Shown here: one piece after another, positions 28,701 to 37,566 of the stretch
Position numbering within the stretch: position 1 is the first letter of the stretch
Layout of the letters: the number at the start of each line of letters is the position of its first letter
Source: Hymenobacteraceae bacterium
Lineage (GTDB): Bacteria > Bacteroidota > Bacteroidia > Cytophagales > Hymenobacteraceae
DNA: 64,000 bases
Direction: 5' to 3'
NCBI GenBank assembly: GCA_031426455.1
Contig: JANPLI010000211.1
Coordinates: forward strand, 3,153 to 67,152
Position numbers and translations under genes: made by a program
Notes under the pieces: generated by a model
Databases searched by the model: none
Told to the model about the DNA's origin: nothing
The model's input: only the letters and a program-made list of their open reading frames with translations

Positions 28701-29684
28701 TACCAGACTGGGCAAGTGGGCCAGCATATCGGTCGTCATCGCGGCCAGGTCGTACTGCGGCTGCCAACCCCAATCTTGTCGGGCAACGGCATCATCGATG
28801 GAGCGGGGCCAGGATTCAGCGATGGCCTGGCGCGTGGGGTCGGGCGCGTAGCTGATCTGAAAACCAGGGCGGTGGTGCTGAATTTCGGCGGCAATTTCCT
28901 CGGGCGCAAAGCTCATCCCGGCGAGGTTGTACGACGAGCGGACGCTGATGCGCGCGGCCGGTGCGTGCATCACTTCCAGGGTGGCGCGGATGGCGTCGGG
29001 CATATAGAGCATCGGTAGCGTGGTGCCCTGCTCCAGAAAGCAGCTGAACGGCTCGTCGGCCACGGCCTTGTGGTAGATATCGACGGCATAGTCGGTGGTG
29101 CCGCCGCCGGGCAGGGTTTTGTAGCCGATCAGGCCGGGGTAGCGGAGCGAGCGCACGTCGAGGCCCCACTTATGAAAATAGTAGTCGCACCAACGCTCGC
29201 CGGCCAGCTTCGAGAAGCCGTACACCGTGTTGGGGTCCATCACGGTGGTTTGGGGAGTATGGTCGCGCGGCGTGTTGGGGCCGAAGACGGCGATACTGCT
29301 CGGCCAGTACACCCGCTTCACCTTGAACTCGCGGGCGGCTTCCAGTACGTTCAGCAGGCCATTGATATTGAGATCCCAGGCCAGATGCGGCTTGGCTTCG
29401 CCGACTGCCGACAGAATCGCGGCCAGGTGATAGACCTGCGAAAACCGGTACTGCTGCATCACCCGCGCGATGTCGTCGCGGTCGAGCACGTCGAGGCGTT
29501 CGAAGGGGCCGTCCTGCACCAGATCGAGTTGGCGGGGGATGCGCACGTCGGCGGCCACCACGTGGGCCGCGCCGTATTGTTCACGCAGCGCCTGCGTCAG
29601 TTCGTAGCCCAACTGGCCGCTGGCGCCAATGACGAGGACCGTTTCGGGGCGGGTACTGGTGGGGCCGGGAGCAAGAGAAGTCAT
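28695..29684 (-). CDS. tdh: NAD-dependent epimerase/dehydratase-fold L-threonine 3-dehydrogenase (short-chain type)
   Basis: ATG at 29684. VLVIGASGQLGYELTQALREQYG, YGFSKLAGERWCDYYFHKWGLDVRSLRYPGLI. Confidence 0.75.
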   Translation of the reverse strand: MTSLAPGPTSTRPETVLVIGASGQLGYELTQALREQYGAAHVVAADVRIPRQLDLVQDGPFERLDVLDRDDIARVMQQYRFSQVYHLAAILSAVGEAKPHLAWDLNINGLLNVLEAAREFKVKRVYWPSSIAVFGPNTPRDHTPQTTVMDPNTVYGFSKLAGERWCDYYFHKWGLDVRSLRYPGLIGYKTLPGGGTTDYAVDIYHKAVADEPFSCFLEQGTTLPMLYMPDAIRATLEVMHAPAARISVRSSYNLAGMSFAPEEIAAEIQHHRPGFQISYAPDPTRQAIAESWPRSIDDAVARQDWGWQPQYDLAAMTTDMLAHLPSLVG

Positions 29685-29801
29685 TGGAAGTAAAAACGGG
29701 CGGGTTGATTGGGAAAGGACAGGGAGAAGGCGCCGGTCGGGCCTCAAACAAAAGTACGGCATCGTATACGCCCTCCGCCGGGGCCGTAGTTTTACGGCCG
29801 T

Positions 29802-30443
29802 ATGACCTTCGATGATTTCCTGCGCCGCCGCCGCCTCGACGTGGCCGCTTTCCGCGCCGCCGAACCGGCCCGGGCCGCTCAGTGGGAGGCGCTGTACGCG
29901 GCGCTGCACCCGGAGGCGTTTCTGACGCAGGTCAAGATGGTCATCAACGACGTGCGCCGCCGTTATCACCTGGCGGAAGCTCCCGCACCGGCTCCAGCGG
30001 CACCGGCTACGACCGGCGAGGGCGCCGCTCCTCGCCCCGCGGGCCTGCGCCCCGACCGCCGCGCCCGGCCCATCGGCCCGGTGACGGACATTTCGATTCT
30101 ACCAGTGGAAGCGGACGAACCGACGGCGGAGCTGCCCGTCGTGGCCGGACCGTTTTTACCGGGTGGAGCAGAAACGTCATCGGCAGAAAGCGCGTCGGCG
30201 GAAACGCCGCCCGCGCGTCCGGCCCGGCCACGTGCCGTAATCCGGAAGCCCGCCGTCGCGCTCGATACAGCGCCCGACACAGCGCCGCCGCTGGAACCAG
30301 TAGTTCCCACGCCCTTGGCTGCCGCGCCGGAAGCTCCTGCTGAAACGCCACCTACCGAAACGCCGCCCGCGCGCCTGGCCCGGCCGCGCGCCGTGATTCG
30401 GCGCCCGCCTGCCGCACCACCAGCCCCGCCCGCCGCGGAATAA
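29802..30443 (+). CDS. Hypothetical protein: conserved-looking N-terminal domain plus Pro/Ala-rich tail with an internal repeat
   Basis: MTFDDFLRRRRLDVAAFRAAEPARAAQWEALYAALHPEAFLTQVKMVINDVRRRY. The unit ETPPAR(P/L)ARPRAVIR(K/R)P occurs twice. Confidence 0.5.
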   Translation: MTFDDFLRRRRLDVAAFRAAEPARAAQWEALYAALHPEAFLTQVKMVINDVRRRYHLAEAPAPAPAAPATTGEGAAPRPAGLRPDRRARPIGPVTDISILPVEADEPTAELPVVAGPFLPGGAETSSAESASAETPPARPARPRAVIRKPAVALDTAPDTAPPLEPVVPTPLAAAPEAPAETPPTETPPARLARPRAVIRRPPAAPPAPPAAE

Positions 30444-30676
30444 AGGCCGGGACCTGACCAGCAGCCGGCAAGTAGCGGGCGGGGAAATCGGCTTTTTGCC
30501 GGCGATGGAAATCCGGGGTTGGGGCAGGAAGGCGCGGGTTTCAGGCAGTAAGGCGCGGGTTTCAGGAGGTCCGAGGCGTAGCGTTGCCGCTGCCCGGCGG
30601 CGAATGTTACGCCAATGTTATCCAGGTTTAACCAAAGCATAACTGCCCGCAATAGGCGTGCAGCAGCTGGCACTGG

Positions 30677-30684
30677 TAAGTTTG
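30677..30684 (+). promoter_or_regulatory. Candidate Bacteroidetes sigma-A -7 box (TAAGTTTG = TAnnTTTG)
   Basis: Motif match 97 nt upstream of the adhesin ATG at 30781. Confidence 0.3.
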
Positions 30685-30780
30685 CATCGCCATTCAAGTG
30701 CCCACCCCAAATGGGGCGGTGCGCGGGGGGTGTTCAGTTGTACCATTGGTTTTTCACCAATTTCCATTTCAGCGAATCCT

Positions 30781-33700
30781 ATGCGATTCAATACTCTCAG
30801 TCGGCGGTTCTCGAACGCCACGCTTGGCTTACTGACAGCGGGCGCCCTGCTCGTGGGTACGCCCCAAAGGGCTACCGCCCAAGCCGACCCCTTCCTGGCC
30901 CAACGCGATTTCATCGGCGTCATCGTGCCGCAGTACGCGTATGGTTCTACCGGGAGCGGCAACCGGCTGCCCATCGTGTATCGGGCCACCATCAATGGCC
31001 TGGACGCCTTCACGACCTACCGTTATATCAGCAACGTAGAGCTGACGGGCACCGTCAACACGCTGACCGGGACATCGACAGTAACTGCTATCGGGGCCGG
31101 CATCCAGCTTTACATCCCCACCAGCACCGCCTCGCCCTACGAGTACTCGACCACCGCCAACACCAACACGGCGGGGCAATTCGGCACGTTCACGACCGGC
31201 GCCGGTACTGCGGGTGCCACTTCGTACACGGGCTTTTTCAGCATCGTCACCTCCAACAATGCTACTCGCTTCGTGCCCGGCGCCACGGTGGTGCCCACGA
31301 TTCAGATCGCCACCACCGCCGGTGTGGTGGTGAAGCGCCTGGCGATGAACACGACTACCAACGCAATCCGTATCCTGGGCTACGGCACCACCACTAGTGC
31401 CAACGAGAGCACCGGCATCACCGGCACCAGTGCCGCTACGCCGCGCAACGTGGTGTTCCTGTATGATAACACCGCTGGCACCGGCCGGCCGCTGTCGTCG
31501 GCGGTAGTGGAGGCCATCAACGCGGTCGTCCCTGGCACTGCTACCCCCATCACCAGCCCCCCCGGTATCGCCTCATTGCCGAGCTTCTACAACACGGCCG
31601 CCGGGGCGTGGACGACGGTGTATCCCAACGCCGTCACCAACGGGGTGCGGCGCATCGAGCAGCGGTCCATCGCGGATGGTTCGATAGCCGGATACAATAC
31701 CGATGCCGACGGCAATTGGAATATCTTCAATGCCGGTACCACCACTGGCAACACGACCACGCCGGGCGGCGCGACCACGATCCGCACGATCAGCCCGCTG
31801 GATGCGCCGCTGCGGATTGCCAGCGCCACCACCAGCGCCGTACCTACCATCACGAGCCTGGCGCCGACCTCGGCTACAGCTGGTTCGGGCGCGCTGACGC
31901 TCACCGTGAACGGTACTAATTTCCAGGATAATACGGCGGCGCTGAATGCTTCGCAGGTGATTTTCAACGGAGCCATCCGGGCGACCACCTACGTGAGCAG
32001 CACCCAGATCACGGCCGCGATCCTGGCCGGCGACATCGTCACGGCCGGTGCTAAGACCGTGCAGGTGGGCAACCCCAACGAGGGCGGCAGCCTCTCGGCC
32101 AGCACCACCTTTACCGTGTTCGCGGGGGCGCCCACCATCAACGTGACCGGCACCCCGACGGCCTTTGCCGCTACTACGGTCGGCCAGACGTCGAGCGCCC
32201 AGACGGTGACCGTGGGCGGCTCCGGCTTGCTCGACGACGTAACCATCACGGCGCCGACCGGCTTCCAGGTATCCACTACCGGTATCAACGGCTCGTACAG
32301 TGGTGCGGCCGCCATCGACCAAGCCACGGCCAACGGCGGTTTGACGACCCTTTACATCCGGTTCGCGCCCCCGGGGCCGCCCGCTACGGGTGCCTTCTTG
32401 GGCAACGTGACGGTGGCTTCCCTCAGCGCCACCACCCAGAGCATCGCCGTCAGCGGTCAGAGCCTGAGTACCAAACCCACGACCAAAAGCACGATCTCGT
32501 TCGGCGCCGTGACCGGTAACTCCATCGTGGTGAATTTCAGCGGCGGCAACGGCCAGAAGCGCCTGCTGAGCGTACGTCAGGGCGCGGCAGCCAACTTCAT
32601 CCCCGTGACCGGCACCGACTACGTGGCCAACCCTGTTTTCGGCGCGGGCACGCCGCTTGGCGCGGGCCTCGACAACTACGTCGTGTATGCCGGCACCGGC
32701 ACCAGCGTGACCGTGACGGGCCTCGGCGGCGGTACCAGCTACTTCTTCGCCGTTAATGAGTACAACGACGATAACCTGGCCGGCACAGCTAACTATCTGA
32801 CCGGCGCCGCCAACATCGGCACCGGCTCGCAGATCACCAGCATTGGCCCGCCCGTGACCTACACCTGGGCCGTGGCCAGCGGCAACTGGACGACCCCCGC
32901 CTCCTGGACGCCCGCCCGCACCAGCCCGGCCGTGAACGACGTGCTGGTTTTCAACGGTGCTGTGCAGGCTGCGCCCCTCGCCACGGTAAACTTCACGCCT
33001 ACCGGCACCTCGAATACCGGCCTCGTTGGCCAGGTTATCGGCCAACTTCAGTTTATCAATGGTGTGAATGCCACGCTGACTACCGATGCCTCGCGCCAGC
33101 TTAATATCGACGGCGGCCTGAGCGGCGATGACTTCGTGGTGGATGCCACGTCTACGGCCTTCTTCCAGAACACGGTGGTCAATACCGGGGTGTTCATCTT
33201 CGTGTCGAGCGGCGAAACCGGTCGGGTGCGCGGCACCGTGCGTTTCGACGGCACCGTGCCGACGGCCTCCGGCGCCACCAGCAGGCTGATTGGCTTCAAC
33301 CAGACCGGTACCAGCGGCCCGGCAGCGGATGCGGGTATTGTCTTTACGGCGGGCGCGGTGGCCATTCAGGGCCGCAACTTCAGCGGTAACCTTTTCGGCG
33401 ACCAGGCCACGTTCCAGAACGGCATTTCCTTCGAGGCCGGCGCCCGGTTGCGTCAGTTGGGCGGTTCCAACGCTTTCGGTGTCGGCTCGCCGAACTCGGT
33501 GGTGGTCTTTGATCAAGCCGCCGTGTACAGCTACGAGCAGTTCGGCGCCACGCCCGCCTCCTCGGGCCGCACGTACCCGATACTCGAAATTAATATCGAT
33601 CCCATCGCTGCTGCCGCCGCCAGCTCCACGGCCACGCCGTCCCTGACGGGAAGCAACTTCATCGTGACCGGCGATCTGCGGATTCTGAACGCCACGAGCG

Positions 33701-35505
33701 TGAGCATCGGCACCACACCGTTTACGCTGCAAGGCAATCTGGTAGTGAACGCCCCAACGACCATCGGCGCCGTGACCACGTTCACCAAAACCGGCCCGAT
33801 GACCATCACGGGCACGGCGCCGGTCACGTTCACGGGGGGCTCGCTGCTGTCGGTGGCTGGTAATCTTGATGCCACGGCCGGCGCGGGCGTGGTGTTCGCC
33901 AACACGACGACCGCTACGCTGGGCGGCTCGGGCACGGCCCGCTTCCGTAACCTGACTACGGGCGCCGGTAATCTTTCCCTGAGCATTCCGGTGCAGGTGC
34001 AGCGCCTGCTGACGCTGGCCGGCGGCAATCTGGTGTCGAACAATAATTTGACCCTGACGGCCAACGCCATCACGGGCCAGGCAATGGTGGTGAACGGCGG
34101 CGCGGGCGTGGTGACAGGGGCAGCCAACACGGTGCAGCTCTACGTCAGCCCCGCCGTCAATGCCGGCCTGGGCTATCGCCACTTCGCTTCGCCGGTGGCG
34201 GGTGCACCAGTCACGAGCCTGGGCAACCCGTTCTATGGTTTCTTCCCGGCGATTTACCGCTACCAGGAGTCGCTGGTGAATGCCACAATTCCGGCCAACG
34301 CGCCGGTCGGCACCACACCCTTCGACCTGGGCTGGGTTTCGACCGGCCCCGTCGCCACGCTGGCCGTGGGCGCGGGCTACAGCATCCTGCAACCCAGCCC
34401 TACGGCGCCCAGCTTCACGGGAACGCTGAACACGGGCAGCATTCCGCTGGGTGTGACGAACACGGCCAGCCTGCCGGGCGCTACCGGCTCGGGCTGGAAT
34501 TTCCTGGGCAACCTCTACCCCTCGCCGTTGGATGCCGACCTGCTGATGGCCTCGTTCCCGGCAGCCGTCACGCAGTCGATCAGCGTGTGGCAGTCGCAGC
34601 CATCGGTGCTGGGTGCCCCGGCCGCTGGCCAGTACATCACCCGGACGCCCGGCGGCGGCTCGACCGACGTGAGCGGCGGCGCCAGCCAGTTGCTGCCCCT
34701 GGGGCAGGCGTTCTTCGTGCGGGCCACCGGCGCGGCTACCATCACGATGACCAACGCGATGCGCCCTGCCAGCTACGTGACCGCCACCCACTACCGCGCC
34801 GCCCCCGATCAGCGCCCGCGCGTCGTGTTGGGCCTGACCGGCCAGAACGGCGAGCAGGTGACCGACCGCGCCGTGGTGCTCTTCGATGAGCGCGCCACCG
34901 CTGGCTTCGACAACGGCTACGATGGCCCCAAGCTCCGCAATGTGGGCGCCGTGCCGTCGCTGGCTTCCGTGCAAGGGGCTGATGAGGTGGCCATCAACGT
35001 GCTGCCCGCCCTGACGGCCACCACCACCGTGCCGTTGACCGTGACGCTGCCCGCCGCCGGAACCTACAAACTGACCGCCGATGCGCTGCAAAACGTGCCC
35101 GCCGGTACCCGCGTCTTCCTGCTGGATGCCCTGACCGGCACCCGCCAGAATCTGACCACCAACGGTCTGTACGCCTTTACGGCCGACGCCGCCGGTACCC
35201 AGGCGCAGCGTTTTGCGCTGGTGTTCGAGCCTGCCGCTGCGCCGCTCGCTGCGGCGGCTGAACTGGCGCTGGCCGCCGTCACGGTAGCCCCGAATCCCAG
35301 CCACGGCGCCTTCCGCCTGACGCTGCCTACGGGCCTGACCGCTACCGCCGTTACCGTGTTCGACAACCTGGGCCGCGCCGTGGCCCGGCCCGTATTGACG
35401 GGTGCCACCACCGAAATCAGCCTGCCTACGCTGGCTGCCGGGGTGTACACGCTGCGCCTGACCACCACGGCCGGGGCCGTAACCCGTAAGCTGGTAATCG
35501 AGTAA
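30781..35505 (+). CDS. Giant secreted surface protein (1574 aa) with IPT/TIG and FN3-like modules and a T9SS C-terminal sorting domain
   Basis: Signal peptide MRFNTLSRRFSNATLGLLTAGALLVGTPQRATAQ. IPT-like PTITSLAPTSATAGSGALTLTVNGTNF. C-terminus VAPNPSHGAFRLTLP...VTVFDNLGRAV...LAAGVYTLRL...RKLVIE is a type A Por/T9SS tail. Confidence 0.85.
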   Translation: MRFNTLSRRFSNATLGLLTAGALLVGTPQRATAQADPFLAQRDFIGVIVPQYAYGSTGSGNRLPIVYRATINGLDAFTTYRYISNVELTGTVNTLTGTSTVTAIGAGIQLYIPTSTASPYEYSTTANTNTAGQFGTFTTGAGTAGATSYTGFFSIVTSNNATRFVPGATVVPTIQIATTAGVVVKRLAMNTTTNAIRILGYGTTTSANESTGITGTSAATPRNVVFLYDNTAGTGRPLSSAVVEAINAVVPGTATPITSPPGIASLPSFYNTAAGAWTTVYPNAVTNGVRRIEQRSIADGSIAGYNTDADGNWNIFNAGTTTGNTTTPGGATTIRTISPLDAPLRIASATTSAVPTITSLAPTSATAGSGALTLTVNGTNFQDNTAALNASQVIFNGAIRATTYVSSTQITAAILAGDIVTAGAKTVQVGNPNEGGSLSASTTFTVFAGAPTINVTGTPTAFAATTVGQTSSAQTVTVGGSGLLDDVTITAPTGFQVSTTGINGSYSGAAAIDQATANGGLTTLYIRFAPPGPPATGAFLGNVTVASLSATTQSIAVSGQSLSTKPTTKSTISFGAVTGNSIVVNFSGGNGQKRLLSVRQGAAANFIPVTGTDYVANPVFGAGTPLGAGLDNYVVYAGTGTSVTVTGLGGGTSYFFAVNEYNDDNLAGTANYLTGAANIGTGSQITSIGPPVTYTWAVASGNWTTPASWTPARTSPAVNDVLVFNGAVQAAPLATVNFTPTGTSNTGLVGQVIGQLQFINGVNATLTTDASRQLNIDGGLSGDDFVVDATSTAFFQNTVVNTGVFIFVSSGETGRVRGTVRFDGTVPTASGATSRLIGFNQTGTSGPAADAGIVFTAGAVAIQGRNFSGNLFGDQATFQNGISFEAGARLRQLGGSNAFGVGSPNSVVVFDQAAVYSYEQFGATPASSGRTYPILEINIDPIAAAAASSTATPSLTGSNFIVTGDLRILNATSVSIGTTPFTLQGNLVVNAPTTIGAVTTFTKTGPMTITGTAPVTFTGGSLLSVAGNLDATAGAGVVFANTTTATLGGSGTARFRNLTTGAGNLSLSIPVQVQRLLTLAGGNLVSNNNLTLTANAITGQAMVVNGGAGVVTGAANTVQLYVSPAVNAGLGYRHFASPVAGAPVTSLGNPFYGFFPAIYRYQESLVNATIPANAPVGTTPFDLGWVSTGPVATLAVGAGYSILQPSPTAPSFTGTLNTGSIPLGVTNTASLPGATGSGWNFLGNLYPSPLDADLLMASFPAAVTQSISVWQSQPSVLGAPAAGQYITRTPGGGSTDVSGGASQLLPLGQAFFVRATGAATITMTNAMRPASYVTATHYRAAPDQRPRVVLGLTGQNGEQVTDRAVVLFDERATAGFDNGYDGPKLRNVGAVPSLASVQGADEVAINVLPALTATTTVPLTVTLPAAGTYKLTADALQNVPAGTRVFLLDALTGTRQNLTTNGLYAFTADAAGTQAQRFALVFEPAAAPLAAAAELALAAVTVAPNPSHGAFRLTLPTGLTATAVTVFDNLGRAVARPVLTGATTEISLPTLAAGVYTLRLTTTAGAVTRKLVIE

Positions 35506-35686
35506 GTTTGTGGCCCTGAGGGGCTGCCCGGCTGTGGTAGGCACGGTACGGCATCTCAGGCTCCTGTTGTTCGGCCCGCCGTGGTCGCCTCCTGTGGGGC
35601 GGTCGCGGCGGGCCGACTGTTTGGAACCCCTGGTGCCGTAAGCCGCAAGCTTCAAGCGGCAAGCCAGGCCGGTTTGGCTTGCCGGG

Positions 35687-35992
35687 TGTTCAACGGCTGG
35701 AAGGCGCTTGCCAACGGCCGGAGGCGATTGAAACGGGGTCGGAGCGGGCTTGCCATTGGCCGGAGACCCCTCACCAACGGCCGGAGGGCGCTTACCAACG
35801 GCCGGAGGGCACTTGCCATTGCCCGGAGGGCGCTTACCAACGGCCGGAGACCTCTTACCAAGCCTCGGGTACAGGTTACCATTGGCCGGAGGGCACTTGC
35901 TAACGGTCAGGGGCGCTTGCCAAGGGCCGGAGGGCACTTGCCAACTGCCGGCCGCCTTGCCAAACGCGGGGCGGCTTGCCAAACGTGGGGGA
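35687..35992. repeat. Tandem array of about 14 degenerate 21-bp units (consensus CTTGCCAACGGCCGGAGGGCG)
   Basis: Contiguous units read directly from 35707 onward, at 35707-35727, 35749-35769, 35770-35790, 35791-35811 and so on. No unique spacers. Confidence 0.9.
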
Positions 35993-36079
35993 TTTAAACG
36001 GGAATGGGGAGGTGCTGCTTACTTTAGGGCGCGGGACAACCCGCGTTTTTGTTTCTTCACTTTTTTTCCTTTTACACCG

Positions 36080-36793
36080 ATGCCCTTACTGGATAATGCC
36101 CTCCGCAACCGCTACAAGCGCGACGCCGACACGGCGCAGGCTTTCGTCCTGGACCAACCGCAGTGGCAGCAGATGGATGAACTGGCGCCGCTGCACGCTG
36201 AACTGATGGCCAACAACACCGAGGCGAAGCAGCACTACGAGGCGCTGGCGGCCTTCGATGCGCGTGAGGACGCGGCCGACAAACTGGAAAACCGCACCGA
36301 GGGCGTGGCCCTGGCAATGCAGGTAGCCAGTGGGTTGGTGGCCTGGGCGACGGGCAAGCCTCAACACCACGCCGTGCTGACGGCGATGGAGAAGCTGACT
36401 AAGTCGCGGCTGATCAAGGAAGACGAGCTGGACTATGCGCAACTGATCAGCGGGGTGTATGCGGCGGCGGCCCCGGTGAAGGCCGAGTTGGTAAAGTATT
36501 TCGTGCCGACGGCCGTGACGGATCAGTTGGGGGCGCTGCACGCAACGTTCGAGGAGATGCGTGGCGACGGCCGCCTGACCCAGACCGAAGCCGCCGCCAC
36601 GCGCCAGGCGCTACGCGCGGCCATCAGCCGCAACGACCAGAAAAAGACGGGTGTGTATGACCGGATGCGGGTGTACCTGAAGCCGTTCAAGTACGGCAAC
36701 CGCAAACTCTACGACCGGCTGGTGAACGTGATGCAGACGGTGGACCGGCGGGGGCGGAAGAAGGCGGTGAAGGCGGAGGAAGGGAGCGAGTAA
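36080..36793 (+). CDS. Hypothetical helical protein (237 aa)
   Basis: ATG at 36080 (MPLLDNALRNRYKRDADTAQAF...). The upstream part of the track ORF is translated tandem repeat. Confidence 0.55.
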   Translation: MPLLDNALRNRYKRDADTAQAFVLDQPQWQQMDELAPLHAELMANNTEAKQHYEALAAFDAREDAADKLENRTEGVALAMQVASGLVAWATGKPQHHAVLTAMEKLTKSRLIKEDELDYAQLISGVYAAAAPVKAELVKYFVPTAVTDQLGALHATFEEMRGDGRLTQTEAAATRQALRAAISRNDQKKTGVYDRMRVYLKPFKYGNRKLYDRLVNVMQTVDRRGRKKAVKAEEGSE

Positions 36794-37467
36794 TGCTGAT
36801 TCTGGCGAGCTTGCTGACCGTTTTGCTAACATTAACGGCCCCTCCTGACACGTTTCATTTGCCGGGCGGGGCCGTTGTGCGGCTGGAAAAGATTAGCCTA
36901 GCCACGTTTGAGGCCGCTCCGGTTACGCCTCAGTTGGCGGCTGCTACTGGTTTGGATTCGGTGGCAGTTACCCGGCGGGAGGCGCGTCGGCTGCAAGCCG
37001 CACCGCGCGTTTTGCGGCGCGGTTATACGCTGACGCTTCAGCCGCAGCGAGGTACTACCGTCAAACTGGTCAGTGCGCCCTTTAGCCACTGTAACACCAC
37101 TTACCTTTTTGCGGGCAGCTTGTCCGGGATTCGGCACTGGTTGGTAGAAACTTGGGTCGGTTGTGAGGCCGTCGTTTATCTGCTGATTGACCAGCGGACG
37201 GGTCAGAAAAGCGAGCTGATCGATTATCCGGTCGTTTCGGCTGACCGACGGCACATCGCGTGTGCCACAAACGACTTGCGGGGCATGTTCGATAATGGTT
37301 TAGAACTGTGGCGGTTTTCGGCCAGGGGTACGCTTCAGAAGCAATGGTTTCGGGCTACGACGGACGGGATAGCAGCTATCCGCTGGGCTGATAATCAGAC
37401 GATGCTGCTGAGAATGGCGAATGGCACCCGCGTGAGCTACCGCCGTTTACGACTTCCGGCCGAATGA
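36793..37467 (+). CDS. Hypothetical secreted protein (224 aa)
   Basis: Its start overlaps the previous stop (TAATG). Signal-like MLILASLLTVLLTLTAPP. Confidence 0.55.
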   Translation: MLILASLLTVLLTLTAPPDTFHLPGGAVVRLEKISLATFEAAPVTPQLAAATGLDSVAVTRREARRLQAAPRVLRRGYTLTLQPQRGTTVKLVSAPFSHCNTTYLFAGSLSGIRHWLVETWVGCEAVVYLLIDQRTGQKSELIDYPVVSADRRHIACATNDLRGMFDNGLELWRFSARGTLQKQWFRATTDGIAAIRWADNQTMLLRMANGTRVSYRRLRLPAE

Positions 37468-37528
37468 AAAAACGCCAAACCGGGCGCGCTTCCCTGCAAC
37501 GAGGGAGGCGCGCCCGGTTTGGCGTTTT
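37467..37528. terminator. Strong bidirectional terminator
   Basis: aaaaaacgccaaaccgggcgcgc ... gcgcgcccggtttggcgtttt between convergent genes. Confidence 0.8.
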
Positions 37529-37566
37529 AGCGAGTTCGCTTACGATGCCCGTGTGGGCCTCCGTTC

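Noticed and set aside
31573-35982. 1469-aa minus-strand ORF covering the adhesin gene
   Set aside because: It is an Arg/Gly/Ala-rich antisense shadow typical of high-GC DNA. The plus strand has a signal peptide, IPT/FN3-like modules and a T9SS C-terminal domain. The 3' part of the shadow merely reads through the 21-bp tandem array.
35687-35992. Possible CRISPR array
   Set aside because: The units are contiguous 19-21 bp repeats with no unique spacers, and the repeat is too short. No cas genes are present in the window.
35750-36079. Long N-terminal extension of the 36080 gene (…PTAGGRLPTAGGHLPLPGGRLPTAGD…)
   Set aside because: It is a heptad-periodic translation of the 21-bp array. The same array is open in several frames on both strands, which argues against coding.
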